A stretch of 56,342 bases of DNA, filler included, from Bradymonadales bacterium (GTDB lineage Bacteria > Bdellovibrionota > UBA2394): the NCBI GenBank assembly GCA_007693605.1. It is 4 parts of 4 records of this genome, joined end to end, with 100 filler letters (N's around TTAATTAATTAA, not from the genome) between each part and the next. Parts side by side here need not be neighbours in the genome. Positions count along the whole stretch, not along the records: positions 15,147 to 29,176 come from REDG01000043.1; positions 29,277 to 43,054 come from REDG01000016.1; 2 more parts are not named here. One strand, given 5' to 3'. Positions 20,318 through 30,412 of the stretch are shown one piece after another. Numbering within the stretch: the stretch's first letter is position 1; each line of letters begins with the position of its first letter. The notes below the pieces were generated by a model, which searched no databases, was not told where the DNA came from, and saw only the letters and a list, made by a program, of their open reading frames with translations. A program made the translations under genes and the position numbers.

Positions 20318-21358
20318 CTAGCGACTTAGGCGAAGCCTAGTCTCATAATCCTTCCCATCTCGACGATAGGTCAAATGCAGAGCCTCTTGCTCCTGCATAC
20401 TCCAAAGCTCGGGCCAGTCTAGATAGCTTTCTAATGTCTTGCCGTTCCAGACCAAGATTTCATCCCCTACCTGAAGTCCAGCTTCTTGAGCGAGGCCACC
20501 GAGGGCGATTTCTTGAACGACAAAGCCCTCTTCTTCTTCAAACTGGAGCCTCAGACCCAAATAAGCTCGGTCTGCTGAACCCGTATTCAAAATCCTTCTT
20601 ACCGCCACCGATAGCTTCGAGAAAGAGATGGCCGTTCCCCAAAGCTCCGAATTCTTCGGCGCAATCCAGGCCTGAATCTGACCGTTTGGAAGGCTCAAAA
20701 CTCCTCCCCAATAGAAGACTGGAAGTGAAGGCCGCACGAGTACCAGAAGAGAGTCGATTCCGGTATGCAAAGGCTCCCTCAAACTGCCGGCCAGAACCTT
20801 TTGCCTTAGAACAAGCCCCGGATAGGGTCTTGTTAGAGCGTAAAGATCCACTCCAATGGGCAGAGAGCTTGTGTTAAAACTCTGCCCAAAACGATGTGAA
20901 GGTCGAGATTCAGAGCTTCTTGCAAGCAAACTGAAACCCAGTGCATCGTCTTGCCCGATCAGCTCCACTCGCTCCCAATCACGACTGGCCTCTTGCCGGC
21001 ACTCCAACGAGCGGGCGGTCGCAACAAAAGGGCTTGCGATCAAAAAAACTTCAAGCTCTTCCCAGTAAAAGGCGGTCCCCAGCCAAGATTTCTCCGAAGC
21101 ATCCGACAATATCTGTAAGCCGCTCCGTTTGTAAGACTCGATATAATCAGACAGAAGCTTTCCGAAAAAGGGATGCTCTTGATCGATCGGTCTCTCTAAT
21201 TTCCCTCGACAGCTCCAAAGAAAGCTTTCGACGGACTCGAGGGCTCTTTCCGTAGCGTCTTGCTCTCGAAGAAGCTTTTGAGCTTCCCAGTCAGGCGTTC
21301 GCTCGCAGGCATAGAGGCTGACGAGTAAGCCCAAGACCAAAGCCTTTCTCAAAACCAT
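20318..21358 (-). CDS. HtrA/DegS-like lipoprotein with PDZ domain and degenerate protease site
   Basis: LYAC lipobox; C-terminal RAYLGL...AGLQVGDEIL PDZ; trypsin-like layout without catalytic motifs. Confidence 0.65.
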   Translation of the reverse strand: MVLRKALVLGLLVSLYACERTPDWEAQKLLREQDATERALESVESFLWSCRGKLERPIDQEHPFFGKLLSDYIESYKRSGLQILSDASEKSWLGTAFYWEELEVFLIASPFVATARSLECRQEASRDWERVELIGQDDALGFSLLARSSESRPSHRFGQSFNTSSLPIGVDLYALTRPYPGLVLRQKVLAGSLREPLHTGIDSLLVLVRPSLPVFYWGGVLSLPNGQIQAWIAPKNSELWGTAISFSKLSVAVRRILNTGSADRAYLGLRLQFEEEEGFVVQEIALGGLAQEAGLQVGDEILVWNGKTLESYLDWPELWSMQEQEALHLTYRRDGKDYETRLRLSR

Positions 21359-21849
21359 AGAGTTAACCCCCCAATCAAAGAGAAACTATGATTGGCCTCC
21401 CAACTTCCTCCTGAAGTCTCTCCAAAAACCATATAGGCCGAGTAGCGAACAAGGGCTTGAGCCGAAAAATGATGAGAGATGCCCAACTCTGCGCCAAGAC
21501 TCAAGCTGGGTCGTGGTCCGTAGGCCAAGCCACCTGAATCACTCAAAATCGCAAAGCCCAGACCTGCTTCAGCGAAAGGTCTCAGGCTTTCCTGAGAGAA
21601 AAAGTGCTTGCGAGCCAGACTTAGACTGAAGAGAGAACTGCCCGGATCGGCATATTCAAAGCGGATCTCGTAAGGATCTCTTCTGACATGAGCCTCAACC
21701 TGAACCCCCTGATTCAGCCGCTCTCTGTGGGCCAGGGAAAACGCGGCTCCAATACTGGAGCCCACACCCACCGGGCTGGCCTGCAAGCCGGAAGACCCCA
21801 TCATGGTAAACAAAAGGAGCAAGCCCAAACAGCGAAAGCCTGAATTCAA
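21349..21849 (-). CDS. Small outer-membrane beta-barrel protein
   Basis: Signal peptide, RPFAEAGLG strand, C-terminal LTLWF. Confidence 0.7.
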   Translation of the reverse strand: MNSGFRCLGLLLLFTMMGSSGLQASPVGVGSSIGAAFSLAHRERLNQGVQVEAHVRRDPYEIRFEYADPGSSLFSLSLARKHFFSQESLRPFAEAGLGFAILSDSGGLAYGPRPSLSLGAELGISHHFSAQALVRYSAYMVFGETSGGSWEANHSFSLIGGLTLWF

Positions 21850-23606
21850 CGACTGCCTCCAATCTCTTCTAATCTTTCTTTCATTTGTCCCTTCTCGCTT
21901 TCGATCAAGTCGACGAGTTTTGACACTTCTTCACCGAGTGCCACCCAATCTTTGGTTTTAGACTTTCGAACTTTTAACTCACATTGCGACTTCTGATAAG
22001 CCTTGTCTCCGTAGATTAGCTGAAAGGGGATTCCAATCAAATCCATATCCTTCAGCTTCACACCGGGGGACAGTTCTCGATCATCCCACAGAACCTCAAA
22101 ACCCTTGCTCGTCAATTCAACATAAGCCATTTCAGCCCGCTCTTTGGTCTCTACACCCCCAAGATGAGCGATTCCCACTTGATAGGGGGTCAAGCCCAGG
22201 GGCCAGACAATCCCCCACTCATCATGATTTTGTTCGATGCAGGCCGCCAGACTTCGACCCACCCCGATGCCGTAACAACCCATCTCGACCAGAGCTTCTT
22301 TTCCCGACTCGTCCGTAAAGCAAAGGCCCATCGCCTCAGAATACTTTTTACCCAGGTAAAAGACATGCCCGACCTCGATACCCCTCAAAGACTTCAATCG
22401 GCCTCCACATCTGGAGCAGCACTCTCCATCCTGCAGGTTTCGAAGAACCGCTTGCCGAATCTCTGACAGATCTCGATTGAGTTGTATATTTCTCGTGTGA
22501 AAGCCATCTCGGTTGGCTCCACAAATATAGGAGGCTTTTACATCCAAAGCTTCATCCACCAGAAGTTGATGCTCTATCGGAAAGCCCTGGGGGCCCAAAC
22601 TACCCGCTGGCAACTTCCAGGCCTGAAGTTCATCCTCACGAGCAAAGCGCAAACCTTTGTAGCCAAACTCTCGATCCGCCACGGCCTGCGCTTTCACCAG
22701 ATTTAGCTCGTGATCGCCTCTCAACAGAAGCACCAGAACTCTTTGCTCTGAGTCTACAAGAATCATCGTCTTCACCAGATCAGACGCTGAACAGGACAAA
22801 AGCTTTGCAAGCTCCTCAATACTGCGAACCCCAGGGGTTGCAAACTCCTCCATCTCTGGCACAGAACTGGCCGAATCGGAATGTTTGGTCTTCGCCACGG
22901 CTTTCTCTTGATTGGCTGCATAGTCACAATCCTGACAGGCAATCACCTCGTCCTCTCCTGAATCCGCCAGAACGACAAACTCCTCTGAGTCGCGACCCCC
23001 AATGCTGCCGGTGTCAGCCTCGACCGCTCGAAACTCCAAGCCAGTGCGAGTGAATATTCGTCGGTAGGCCTGTCGCATTCTCTGGTAGGCTTCTTTTGCC
23101 TCATCGGAAGTGCGGTCGAAAGAGTAAGCGTCTTTCATAATGAACTCGCGACAGCGCATCACCCCAAATCGAGGGCGAATCTCATCTCTAAACTTCAACT
23201 GAATCTGAAAGAGATTGAGGGGCAATTGCCGATAGGACTTCAGATCTCGCTTCAACAGATCGGTAACCACCTCTTCGGAAGTGGGCTGAAGGCAGAACTC
23301 GTTCTCATGTCGATCTTTGAAGCGAGCGAGCTCTTTTCCGTAGATTTTCCAACGACCGGACTCTTCCCACAGCTCTTTCGGTTGCACCATCGGCATCGAG
23401 ACTTCGAGAGCGCCCGCCGCCTCCATCTCTTCTCGTATAATATTTTCAAGCTTCCGAATCAGCCTCCAACCCAAAGGAAGGTAGCTATAGATTCCGCTGG
23501 CCAATCGCCGAATCATGCCCGCCCTCAACATGAGCTGATGACTGAGAACCTCGGCCTCTTGTGGGGATTCTCTCAACGTAGGAAAATGGGCCTTCGACCA
23601 CCGCAT
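21846..23606 (-). CDS. proS: Proline--tRNA ligase
   Basis: FRDEIRPRFGVMR motif 2, editing domain, IEVGHVF, MGCYGIGVGR. Confidence 0.97.
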   Translation of the reverse strand: MRWSKAHFPTLRESPQEAEVLSHQLMLRAGMIRRLASGIYSYLPLGWRLIRKLENIIREEMEAAGALEVSMPMVQPKELWEESGRWKIYGKELARFKDRHENEFCLQPTSEEVVTDLLKRDLKSYRQLPLNLFQIQLKFRDEIRPRFGVMRCREFIMKDAYSFDRTSDEAKEAYQRMRQAYRRIFTRTGLEFRAVEADTGSIGGRDSEEFVVLADSGEDEVIACQDCDYAANQEKAVAKTKHSDSASSVPEMEEFATPGVRSIEELAKLLSCSASDLVKTMILVDSEQRVLVLLLRGDHELNLVKAQAVADREFGYKGLRFAREDELQAWKLPAGSLGPQGFPIEHQLLVDEALDVKASYICGANRDGFHTRNIQLNRDLSEIRQAVLRNLQDGECCSRCGGRLKSLRGIEVGHVFYLGKKYSEAMGLCFTDESGKEALVEMGCYGIGVGRSLAACIEQNHDEWGIVWPLGLTPYQVGIAHLGGVETKERAEMAYVELTSKGFEVLWDDRELSPGVKLKDMDLIGIPFQLIYGDKAYQKSQCELKVRKSKTKDWVALGEEVSKLVDLIESEKGQMKERLEEIGGSR

Positions 23607-23612
23607 GCCGCT

Positions 23613-24308
23613 CTAGCCTGACCCCTCAAGTCGGGCAATCAGGGCCCGAACCTTCGTTGCCTCAGGAGTGTCAGCAAACTCCGTTAAAAAAAACTGATAA
23701 CGGTCGAGGGCCTCATCTACCCGACCCAAGTCACGGAGGCTTCGCGCCTCTCCTAAGATGGCCCAAGGCCTCAGACTGGAACTCGAGATCTTCGCAACTT
23801 CTCGAAAGGCTTTTAGTGCGTCTTCCGTCTCGCCCAGTTCTTCATGAGCCACAGCAATCGGGTACCACGCCAAGTCTCGATGAGCGCGAACCAAAGATCT
23901 TCGGTAAAGATGAAGATCCTCCAAGGCCCCTTGCGGGTCGCCCAACTCCATCTTCATATTCGCTCGAAAGACGGATGCTAAACCCGCCGCCTTCGATCGA
24001 GGGAAAGCCTCCTGCAAAGACTCCCAAGCCTCGCTAAACTGTTCTTGAAGTCTCGCCCGGTCTGACTCCTCTTCTTCCATCTGCCACTGAGAAAATAGAC
24101 TCGCCACTTCCGCGTATTGGTGTTGAGCCTTCGTTTCCCTTTGCGACTGGTACTCCATCCAAAAGAGACCAAAGAACAAGGCCAAAAAGGAAATCACAAC
24201 AACTGCGAGGGACAGGAGCCAATTCTCTTTGATCCAATGATAAACCGAATAGGAGGTCTTCCATAATTCATCGGGAGCTTTTAATTCTTTTTTGGTGAGT
24301 CTAGCCAT
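23613..24308 (-). CDS. YfgM-like membrane-anchored TPR protein
   Basis: KKELKAPD N-terminus, one TM helix, TPR-like helices. Confidence 0.75.
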   Translation of the reverse strand: MARLTKKELKAPDELWKTSYSVYHWIKENWLLSLAVVVISFLALFFGLFWMEYQSQRETKAQHQYAEVASLFSQWQMEEEESDRARLQEQFSEAWESLQEAFPRSKAAGLASVFRANMKMELGDPQGALEDLHLYRRSLVRAHRDLAWYPIAVAHEELGETEDALKAFREVAKISSSSLRPWAILGEARSLRDLGRVDEALDRYQFFLTEFADTPEATKVRALIARLEGSG

Positions 24309-24317
24309 TTCCCTAAT

Positions 24318-25052
24318 CTAGCGAAGGCCGGCCTCTTTTTGCAATTGTCGATCCCAATATTGATAAGACTCCGGGCTCCCGAGATCGGCCCATGCCTTAA
24401 ATAGGCCCTGGTGACCCAACAATCTTGAGCCCTTCTGAAGCTGAGACAGCCAATAGTCTCTCACCAAACATCCTCGCTCTGGCAAAGCCTGCCAATCGAG
24501 GCGTGGAATATACTGAACGCCTGAAAAACAGAAGGCCTGAGACAAATCAGCAGGCTTTACTCCCTTGGCCTCCCACAGCTCCCCAATTTTTAGAACCCGA
24601 TGGTCGTCCCCCACAAAAACGGGAGTTTGGAGAGTTTTAAGCTCCGTCAAGGCCCAATGCCCATCAGCCTCAAGACTCTGAGCTCTCTCTAAGAAGCTTT
24701 TCCAGTCGAACTCACAATACACATCTCCATTGATCGTGAGAAGAGCTTGTTCTTTAAGCCAGCCTTGAGCAAACTTTAAGCCACCTGCTGTTCCCAAAAG
24801 CTCGAACTCTTCACTGATGCAGATCTCAAAGCTTCTCTTTTTTGCCTCTTCCTGCAAATAGTCTTTCAAGGGCTCCTTCAAATAGAACACATTCACGACG
24901 ACCCGCTTCAAAGAGAGTCTTTCCAACTGATCAAAGATCCAGGCCAAAATGGGTCGGCCCGCCAAGGGAAGAAGAGGTTTTGGGCAGCTGTCCGTCAGGG
25001 GTCTTAGCCTCTCCCCTCGACCTGCCGCAAAAACAAAGGCGTTCTCAATCAC
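24318..25052 (-). CDS. murU: MurU-like NDP-sugar nucleotidyltransferase
   Basis: AAGRGERLRPLT..PKPL, LLGTAGG, NGD; adjacent to amgK; GTG start. Confidence 0.8.
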   Translation of the reverse strand: MIENAFVFAAGRGERLRPLTDSCPKPLLPLAGRPILAWIFDQLERLSLKRVVVNVFYLKEPLKDYLQEEAKKRSFEICISEEFELLGTAGGLKFAQGWLKEQALLTINGDVYCEFDWKSFLERAQSLEADGHWALTELKTLQTPVFVGDDHRVLKIGELWEAKGVKPADLSQAFCFSGVQYIPRLDWQALPERGCLVRDYWLSQLQKGSRLLGHQGLFKAWADLGSPESYQYWDRQLQKEAGLR

Positions 25053-26052
25053 CCATCTCCTCCGAGAAGTTTGAACGAACCCATTGAGCCTCCGTCTCTT
25101 GACCCAATTCCTCAAAACTCTGAATGATTCTTCTCAGGCTAGGCGCCACAAAGCTTAAATGCGTGTCTTTCTGCTTCACCAGCGAGATGTAATAGAATCG
25201 TCCCACCGCCTTGAGATTTCGCTGAATACTGGTCCAAACGAAAAGTTCTCGATCCAGCTTTTCTTCTATCTGATGCTCAAAAAAGTCCAAGAGCTCGGCC
25301 TCCTCCGCATCTGAAAGCCGAACATAAGAGTCTCGAAGCAAAGAAGCTAAATCGTAGGTCGGTGGGCCCCACAGAGCGTCTTGAAAGTCAATGACCCCGA
25401 CCCCACCTGAGTCAAGAATCATCAAGTTTTTAGAGTGATAGTCTCGATGAAGAACACAAGCCGTTTGCGCCAAAACTCGCTGACCCGCATCTTGAAGGCA
25501 ACGCTTAAAAGCTTCCAAGGCCTCCGGCTCCACCTGTTTTTGTCTTTTCTCAATGGCATACTCAAAGAAGTGCTTCAACTCCCAATCCCAAAGCTCTTGA
25601 TTGAAGCGGCGACTCTTGATTCGCTGCATCGGCTTCAAAGCTTGAATCTTCGCCAACTCCCTCAGTGCCTCCTGATAGTGTCGAATCCGAGCGCTTGAGC
25701 TTCTCTCGTCAAAGAGCAAGCGAGAGCCTAAGTCCTCCAAAACCACGAAGGCCGGCTCCTCACTCACCAGAAAAATTTCTGGAACTCGAATTCCTTGTTT
25801 CTTCCAATCTCTTCCGATCGCCACAAAATCCATCTCTTTCGATTCCGGTACATGGCTGGAAGCCGAAAACTCTTCTGATTTAAAGGCCTCTCTCTCGTTT
25901 AAAATCATGAGAATTCGAGAGCCAGATGGAGTCGTCAAGCGAACATAGCGACGAACACTCGCGTCGCCCGGCAAGGCTTGCCACTCAAAAGGTTCTGAAA
26001 GACCGAAGCTTGAAGGGGGAAGATCTTTCAAATCAAACTGTGGGCTATTCAT
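25045..26052 (-). CDS. amgK: AmgK-like anomeric MurNAc/GlcNAc kinase
   Basis: GDASVRRY, EDLG, HRDYHSKNL, IDFQDA, YDLASLLRD. Confidence 0.88.
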   Translation of the reverse strand: MNSPQFDLKDLPPSSFGLSEPFEWQALPGDASVRRYVRLTTPSGSRILMILNEREAFKSEEFSASSHVPESKEMDFVAIGRDWKKQGIRVPEIFLVSEEPAFVVLEDLGSRLLFDERSSSARIRHYQEALRELAKIQALKPMQRIKSRRFNQELWDWELKHFFEYAIEKRQKQVEPEALEAFKRCLQDAGQRVLAQTACVLHRDYHSKNLMILDSGGVGVIDFQDALWGPPTYDLASLLRDSYVRLSDAEEAELLDFFEHQIEEKLDRELFVWTSIQRNLKAVGRFYYISLVKQKDTHLSFVAPSLRRIIQSFEELGQETEAQWVRSNFSEEMGD

Positions 26053-27578
26053 TAGAGGGGAATGTTCCCGTGTTTCTTCCACGGTAAATGCTCTCTTTTA
26101 TTTTCCAATCGGGCAATAGCTTTTGCCACTCGATCTCGAGCTTCCGAAGGCCGAATCACATCATCGACAAAGCCATAAGAGGCGGCTTGATAAGGGTTAG
26201 CAAATTGTTTCTTGTAGTCTTCGGCGTAGACCTTGGCCTGGCTTGGATCCTTCTCGATCTGTTTTCGATAAATAATCTGGCTCGCACCCTCGGGTCCCAT
26301 CACGGCGATTTCGCTGCCCGGAAAAGCGAAATTCGCATCGCCCCGAATATGCTTCGAACTCATCACATCATAAGCTCCCCCATAGGCTTTTCGGGTGATC
26401 ACCGTCACCTTGGGCACAGTGGCTTCCGCATAGGCATAAAGCAGTTTTGCCCCGTGAAGAATGATTCCACGATACTCTTGATCGGTTCCTGGCAAAAAGC
26501 CCGGCACATCCACCAAAGTCAGAAGGGGAAGATGAAAACAGTCACAGAAACGAACAAAACGAGCGGCCTTGATCGATGCCGCAATGTCTAAGCAGCCCGC
26601 CAAATGAAGAGGTTGGTTCGCCACAAGACCGATGGCGCGGCCCTCGATCCGAGCAAAGCCCACCAAGATATTCTTTGCGTAATCGGGTTGAATCTCAAAA
26701 AAGGAATCTTGATCGACCAAGCCCTCGACAATCTCCTTCATATCGTAAGGCTTTTGCGACTCAAGAGGGACAATCGAGTCGTCCAATTTTCTCTTCGGCG
26801 ACTTCGCCGGCCTTTTCGGAGACTTCTCTCGATTATTGAGGGGAAGATAACTCAGCAGTTCTCGTAAAGCCTCAATCAAACTGGCTTCGTCGGCAAAACG
26901 ACGATGTGCCACCCCCGACTTGACCGAATGAGTCTCAGCTCCTCCTAAAGCCTCTTTAGTCACCTCTTCGTGGGTGACCGTCCGAATCACATCCGGCCCA
27001 GTAATGAACATATAAGAGGACTTTTCGACCATGAAAACAAAATCAGTGATGGCCGGACTATAAACCGCGCCCCCCGCGCAAGGGCCCAAAATTGCGGAGA
27101 TCTGAGGAATCACCCCCGAAGCCAAAGTGTTTCTGAGAAAAATATCGGCATAGCCTCCGAGGCTTCGCACGCCTTCTTGAATTCGCGCCCCACCGGAGTC
27201 ATTCAAACCAATCACCGGCACACCCAACTTCATCGCCTGATCCATCACACGACAGATTTTTTGAGAAAAAGCATAACTCAAGCTGCCCCCGAAAACAGTG
27301 AAGTCTTGAGCAAAAACCAACACAAGACGACCGTCAATCAGCCCGCTTCCCGTCACGACCCCATCGCCGAGAACCTTTTGCTTTTCCATTCCGAAATCAG
27401 AACAATCGTGAGTCACAAAGGGGCCGAACTCTTCAAAGCTTCCGGGGTCTAGGAGCCTTTCGATTCGTTCCCTGGCCGTCCACTTGCCGGCGTCATGCTG
27501 TTTTTTGATTCGCTCTTCGCCGCCCCCCTTTTTGGCCTCTGCCCTCATTTTTTCAAGTTTCTGAAAAGCCTGATTCAT
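26052..27578 (-). CDS. pccB: Acyl-CoA carboxylase beta subunit (propionyl/methylmalonyl-CoA)
   Basis: [38 protein letters not shown]. Confidence 0.9.
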   Translation of the reverse strand: MNQAFQKLEKMRAEAKKGGGEERIKKQHDAGKWTARERIERLLDPGSFEEFGPFVTHDCSDFGMEKQKVLGDGVVTGSGLIDGRLVLVFAQDFTVFGGSLSYAFSQKICRVMDQAMKLGVPVIGLNDSGGARIQEGVRSLGGYADIFLRNTLASGVIPQISAILGPCAGGAVYSPAITDFVFMVEKSSYMFITGPDVIRTVTHEEVTKEALGGAETHSVKSGVAHRRFADEASLIEALRELLSYLPLNNREKSPKRPAKSPKRKLDDSIVPLESQKPYDMKEIVEGLVDQDSFFEIQPDYAKNILVGFARIEGRAIGLVANQPLHLAGCLDIAASIKAARFVRFCDCFHLPLLTLVDVPGFLPGTDQEYRGIILHGAKLLYAYAEATVPKVTVITRKAYGGAYDVMSSKHIRGDANFAFPGSEIAVMGPEGASQIIYRKQIEKDPSQAKVYAEDYKKQFANPYQAASYGFVDDVIRPSEARDRVAKAIARLENKREHLPWKKHGNIPL

Positions 27579-27731
27579 GCCCCCGAATCCTAGCGCAGCT
27601 TTTGAGGAAAAGTCTCGGCATAATTCGCTCAAAAGCCGAGTTTAGGGCCTATGTCCCGAAATTCAGGATCATCGAATTTTGGGAGTTTATCATTTTCATC
27701 CGCTGCCAAAGCCGTCTAGATTCCTGAGTGA

Positions 27732-29176
27732 ATGAAAACTCTTGTGAGACTCCCAAAAGACATTCCCTTAATCGAAGACCCCAAACAATTGAAGGCAGAG
27801 GGCGAAGCCTTGATGCAAAGCCAAGACAAGAGCCTTCAGAAGCTGAGGGAGCTTCCATCAGAGTCGCTCAGCTTTGAAAACCTCGCTCAGGAACTAGATC
27901 GCTTGGCTCACGAGGCGGCGAGTTTTTTTTCCTGTGTTTATCTCGTTCAGAATGTGCACGCCGATGAATCTCTGAGAAATGCCGCTCGAGAGCTGAGTAC
28001 GGCTTTTGACGAGTGGCAGATCTCTCGAAGTTACGACCCCATCATTTATCAGAAGTTTTGTGAGCTAAAGGCAAAGAAGCCAGAGCTCAAGCCCGAACAA
28101 CAGAGGCTCTTAGATCGTCAAATGAAAGATTATGAGCGCATGGGAATGTCTCTGCCAGAAAAGGATCGAGACGAACTCAAAGCTTGGCAAACTCGGCTTT
28201 CAGAACTCGCGATTCAGTACTCTAAGGCGATTAACGACTCGAACCTGAAACTTTTGGTGAACGAAGAGGAACTTCAGGGCCTAGATGAAAATTTCATCGC
28301 CTCTCTTCCGAGAGAGGACGGCAAGTGCCGGCTCAGTTTGGAGTATCCGATTTATGTCCCTTGCATGGAGTATGCAGAACGGGAGGAGCTACGAGAGAAG
28401 CTCTTTCGACTCAAGCTGCAGGTGGCCAAAGAAGAAAACCCCCGCCTTTTGAAGGAGGTTTTAGAACTGAGAAAGAAAATTTCTGCCAAGTTGGGCTATG
28501 CCTCTTGGGCAGACTTTATCGTGAGCGATCGAATGGCAAAGACTCCGGATAGAGTGGTGAGCTTTTTAGAAGACTTAAGTGAAAAACTCGAGGGCGTCTT
28601 TGAAAGCGAAAAGCAAGACCTTCAAAAGATGAAGCGAGAGCACACAAATCAGCCTCAGGCCGAACTTCAAATCTGGGATGTGAGTTTTTACAAATCTCTC
28701 GCCATCAAAAAGAGATTTCAGGTGGACAGCCTTAAGATAAAAGAGTTTTTCCCTCTAGAGGAAGTTCTCAAAAGAATGTTTAGGCTCGTGGAGTCGCTCT
28801 TTGGCCTGAAGATTGAAGAGGAGTCGCCAGAGAACGGCCCTCGATGGCACCCTGAGGCCAAGCTTTACCGAGTCAACGACCAAGATGGAGCCTTTATTGG
28901 GAGATTCTATTTGGATCTCCACCCGAGACCGGGCAAGTACAATCATGCGGCCGTCTTTGGACTTATCTATGGTCGGGCTCTCAGTCCGCAAGACTACCAA
29001 GCGCCTGTGTATGCCATGGTTTGTAATTTTCCGAGACCCCATGCCGATCGTCCCTCTCTTCTTTCTCATTCTGATGTGGAGACTCTCTTTCACGAGTTTG
29101 GGCATCTTTTGCATGGCGTTCTTACTCGGGCCTCTTTCTTTCAGCTCGCGGGCACCCATGTGACCAGAGATTTTGT
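27732..29176 (+). CDS. M3 family oligopeptidase, truncated by gap
   Basis: FYLDLHPRPGKY and LFHEFGH zinc motif. Confidence 0.92.
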
Positions 29177-29276
29177 NNNNNNNNNNNNNNNNNNNNNNNN
29201 NNNNNNNNNNNNNNNNNNNNTTAATTAATTAANNNNNNNNNNNNNNNNNNNNNNNNNNNNNNNNNNNNNNNNNNNN
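29177..29276. other. Artificial contig linker
   Basis: N44-TTAATTAATTAA-N44. Confidence 0.98.
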
Positions 29277-29334
29277 GCCGATCCCCCAAATCCCTAAGTG
29301 TTACCCCCTCCAGTCAAACGCCCGCAGTCCAGGA

Positions 29335-29350
29335 AGCAAGCTTTGTGCCA
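29335..29350 (-). promoter_or_regulatory. sigma54 promoter of a gene lost in the gap
   Basis: Minus strand TGGCACAAAGCTTGCT, near consensus. Confidence 0.6.
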
Positions 29351-29485
29351 GATCGATGTCCGCATTATTGAAGTCTAGGGCGGCCAGAGAGCTTGGTTCA
29401 AATCTGGGATCGAAGATTCTTTCACAGAATGATGACAAGTTTGCGTAGTAATCGATTCAACTGGGAATCGGGATTCAAGACAAAA

Positions 29486-30412
29486 CTAATAGAGTTCAGC
29501 CTGAAAGCTTTGCAGCCACTCGCCCTCAAACTCCTGCTCCGACATAGGAATCAGATTTTTTAGGTTTTGTTGACCTCGATACCTTCGAGTGTCGGAGCGG
29601 GCAGTCCTCCAGAACAGCTCTGCCTTCGAAGAAAAAGTCCTAAAGCGCTGTCTTAGGTCGGGGTGAGTGGCAAAGTAATCCGCTAGCACGCCCCTGTCGC
29701 TAGCACGCCTTCTGGGCCTGGACTCATACGCATCCAGGAGCGCTTTAAAGCCAGCAGCCAGGCCGTAGGGATCGTAGCGGCTCTCTCTCATGAGTTTGAA
29801 AGCGTAGTCATCAGCTTCCGCCTCTTGGGTTTTGCTGAAACTCGTTCGAAGGACACCTCCAATGACCCAATCTGCCAACTGCCCCAGACTCTCCAACTTA
29901 ACTTTTTTGGCAAGAAGCTGAAACTTCACAGACGAGAAGCAGTGGCCAAGCTCCACATGAGCCAACTCATGAGCCATGATCCCGATCAAAGCCGCTTCTG
30001 CAGGAAGACCATCTAAAAGACCTTCGGTCACAACAATTACACCCCCCGGCATCGCAAATGCATTCAAGAAATGGCCGGGGCTCAAAAAGACTTCGTAGTC
30101 GAAGTCTTTTTTCTTGTAGATCATCAGGTCGTCCAAAAGCTTTTGAAGATATCTGGCTTTGTCTGATTCTTGATCGTAGAATGGGTAGCTTCTTAGCCTC
30201 GCCTTAATCGCCTCACCAAACTCTTTCTCATCGAGCTCCCCAACAGGCAAGACCCGCGACAAGAGCCGATCAGCACTCGCTGTTACATTTCCGGCCACCT
30301 CAAAAGACCTTTTCAAACTCGGGTCAATCGACTCTGTTCTGTCTTGCCGAACCAAAAATATGGAGAAGCCAATACCCGCCAGAAGGAATGCCGCCGCTAG
30401 CATCAACCTCAT
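29486..30412 (-). CDS. M48 family zinc metalloprotease
   Basis: NAFAMPGG, AHELAH, QEAEAD, THP motifs. Confidence 0.9.
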   Translation of the reverse strand: MRLMLAAAFLLAGIGFSIFLVRQDRTESIDPSLKRSFEVAGNVTASADRLLSRVLPVGELDEKEFGEAIKARLRSYPFYDQESDKARYLQKLLDDLMIYKKKDFDYEVFLSPGHFLNAFAMPGGVIVVTEGLLDGLPAEAALIGIMAHELAHVELGHCFSSVKFQLLAKKVKLESLGQLADWVIGGVLRTSFSKTQEAEADDYAFKLMRESRYDPYGLAAGFKALLDAYESRPRRRASDRGVLADYFATHPDLRQRFRTFSSKAELFWRTARSDTRRYRGQQNLKNLIPMSEQEFEGEWLQSFQAELY

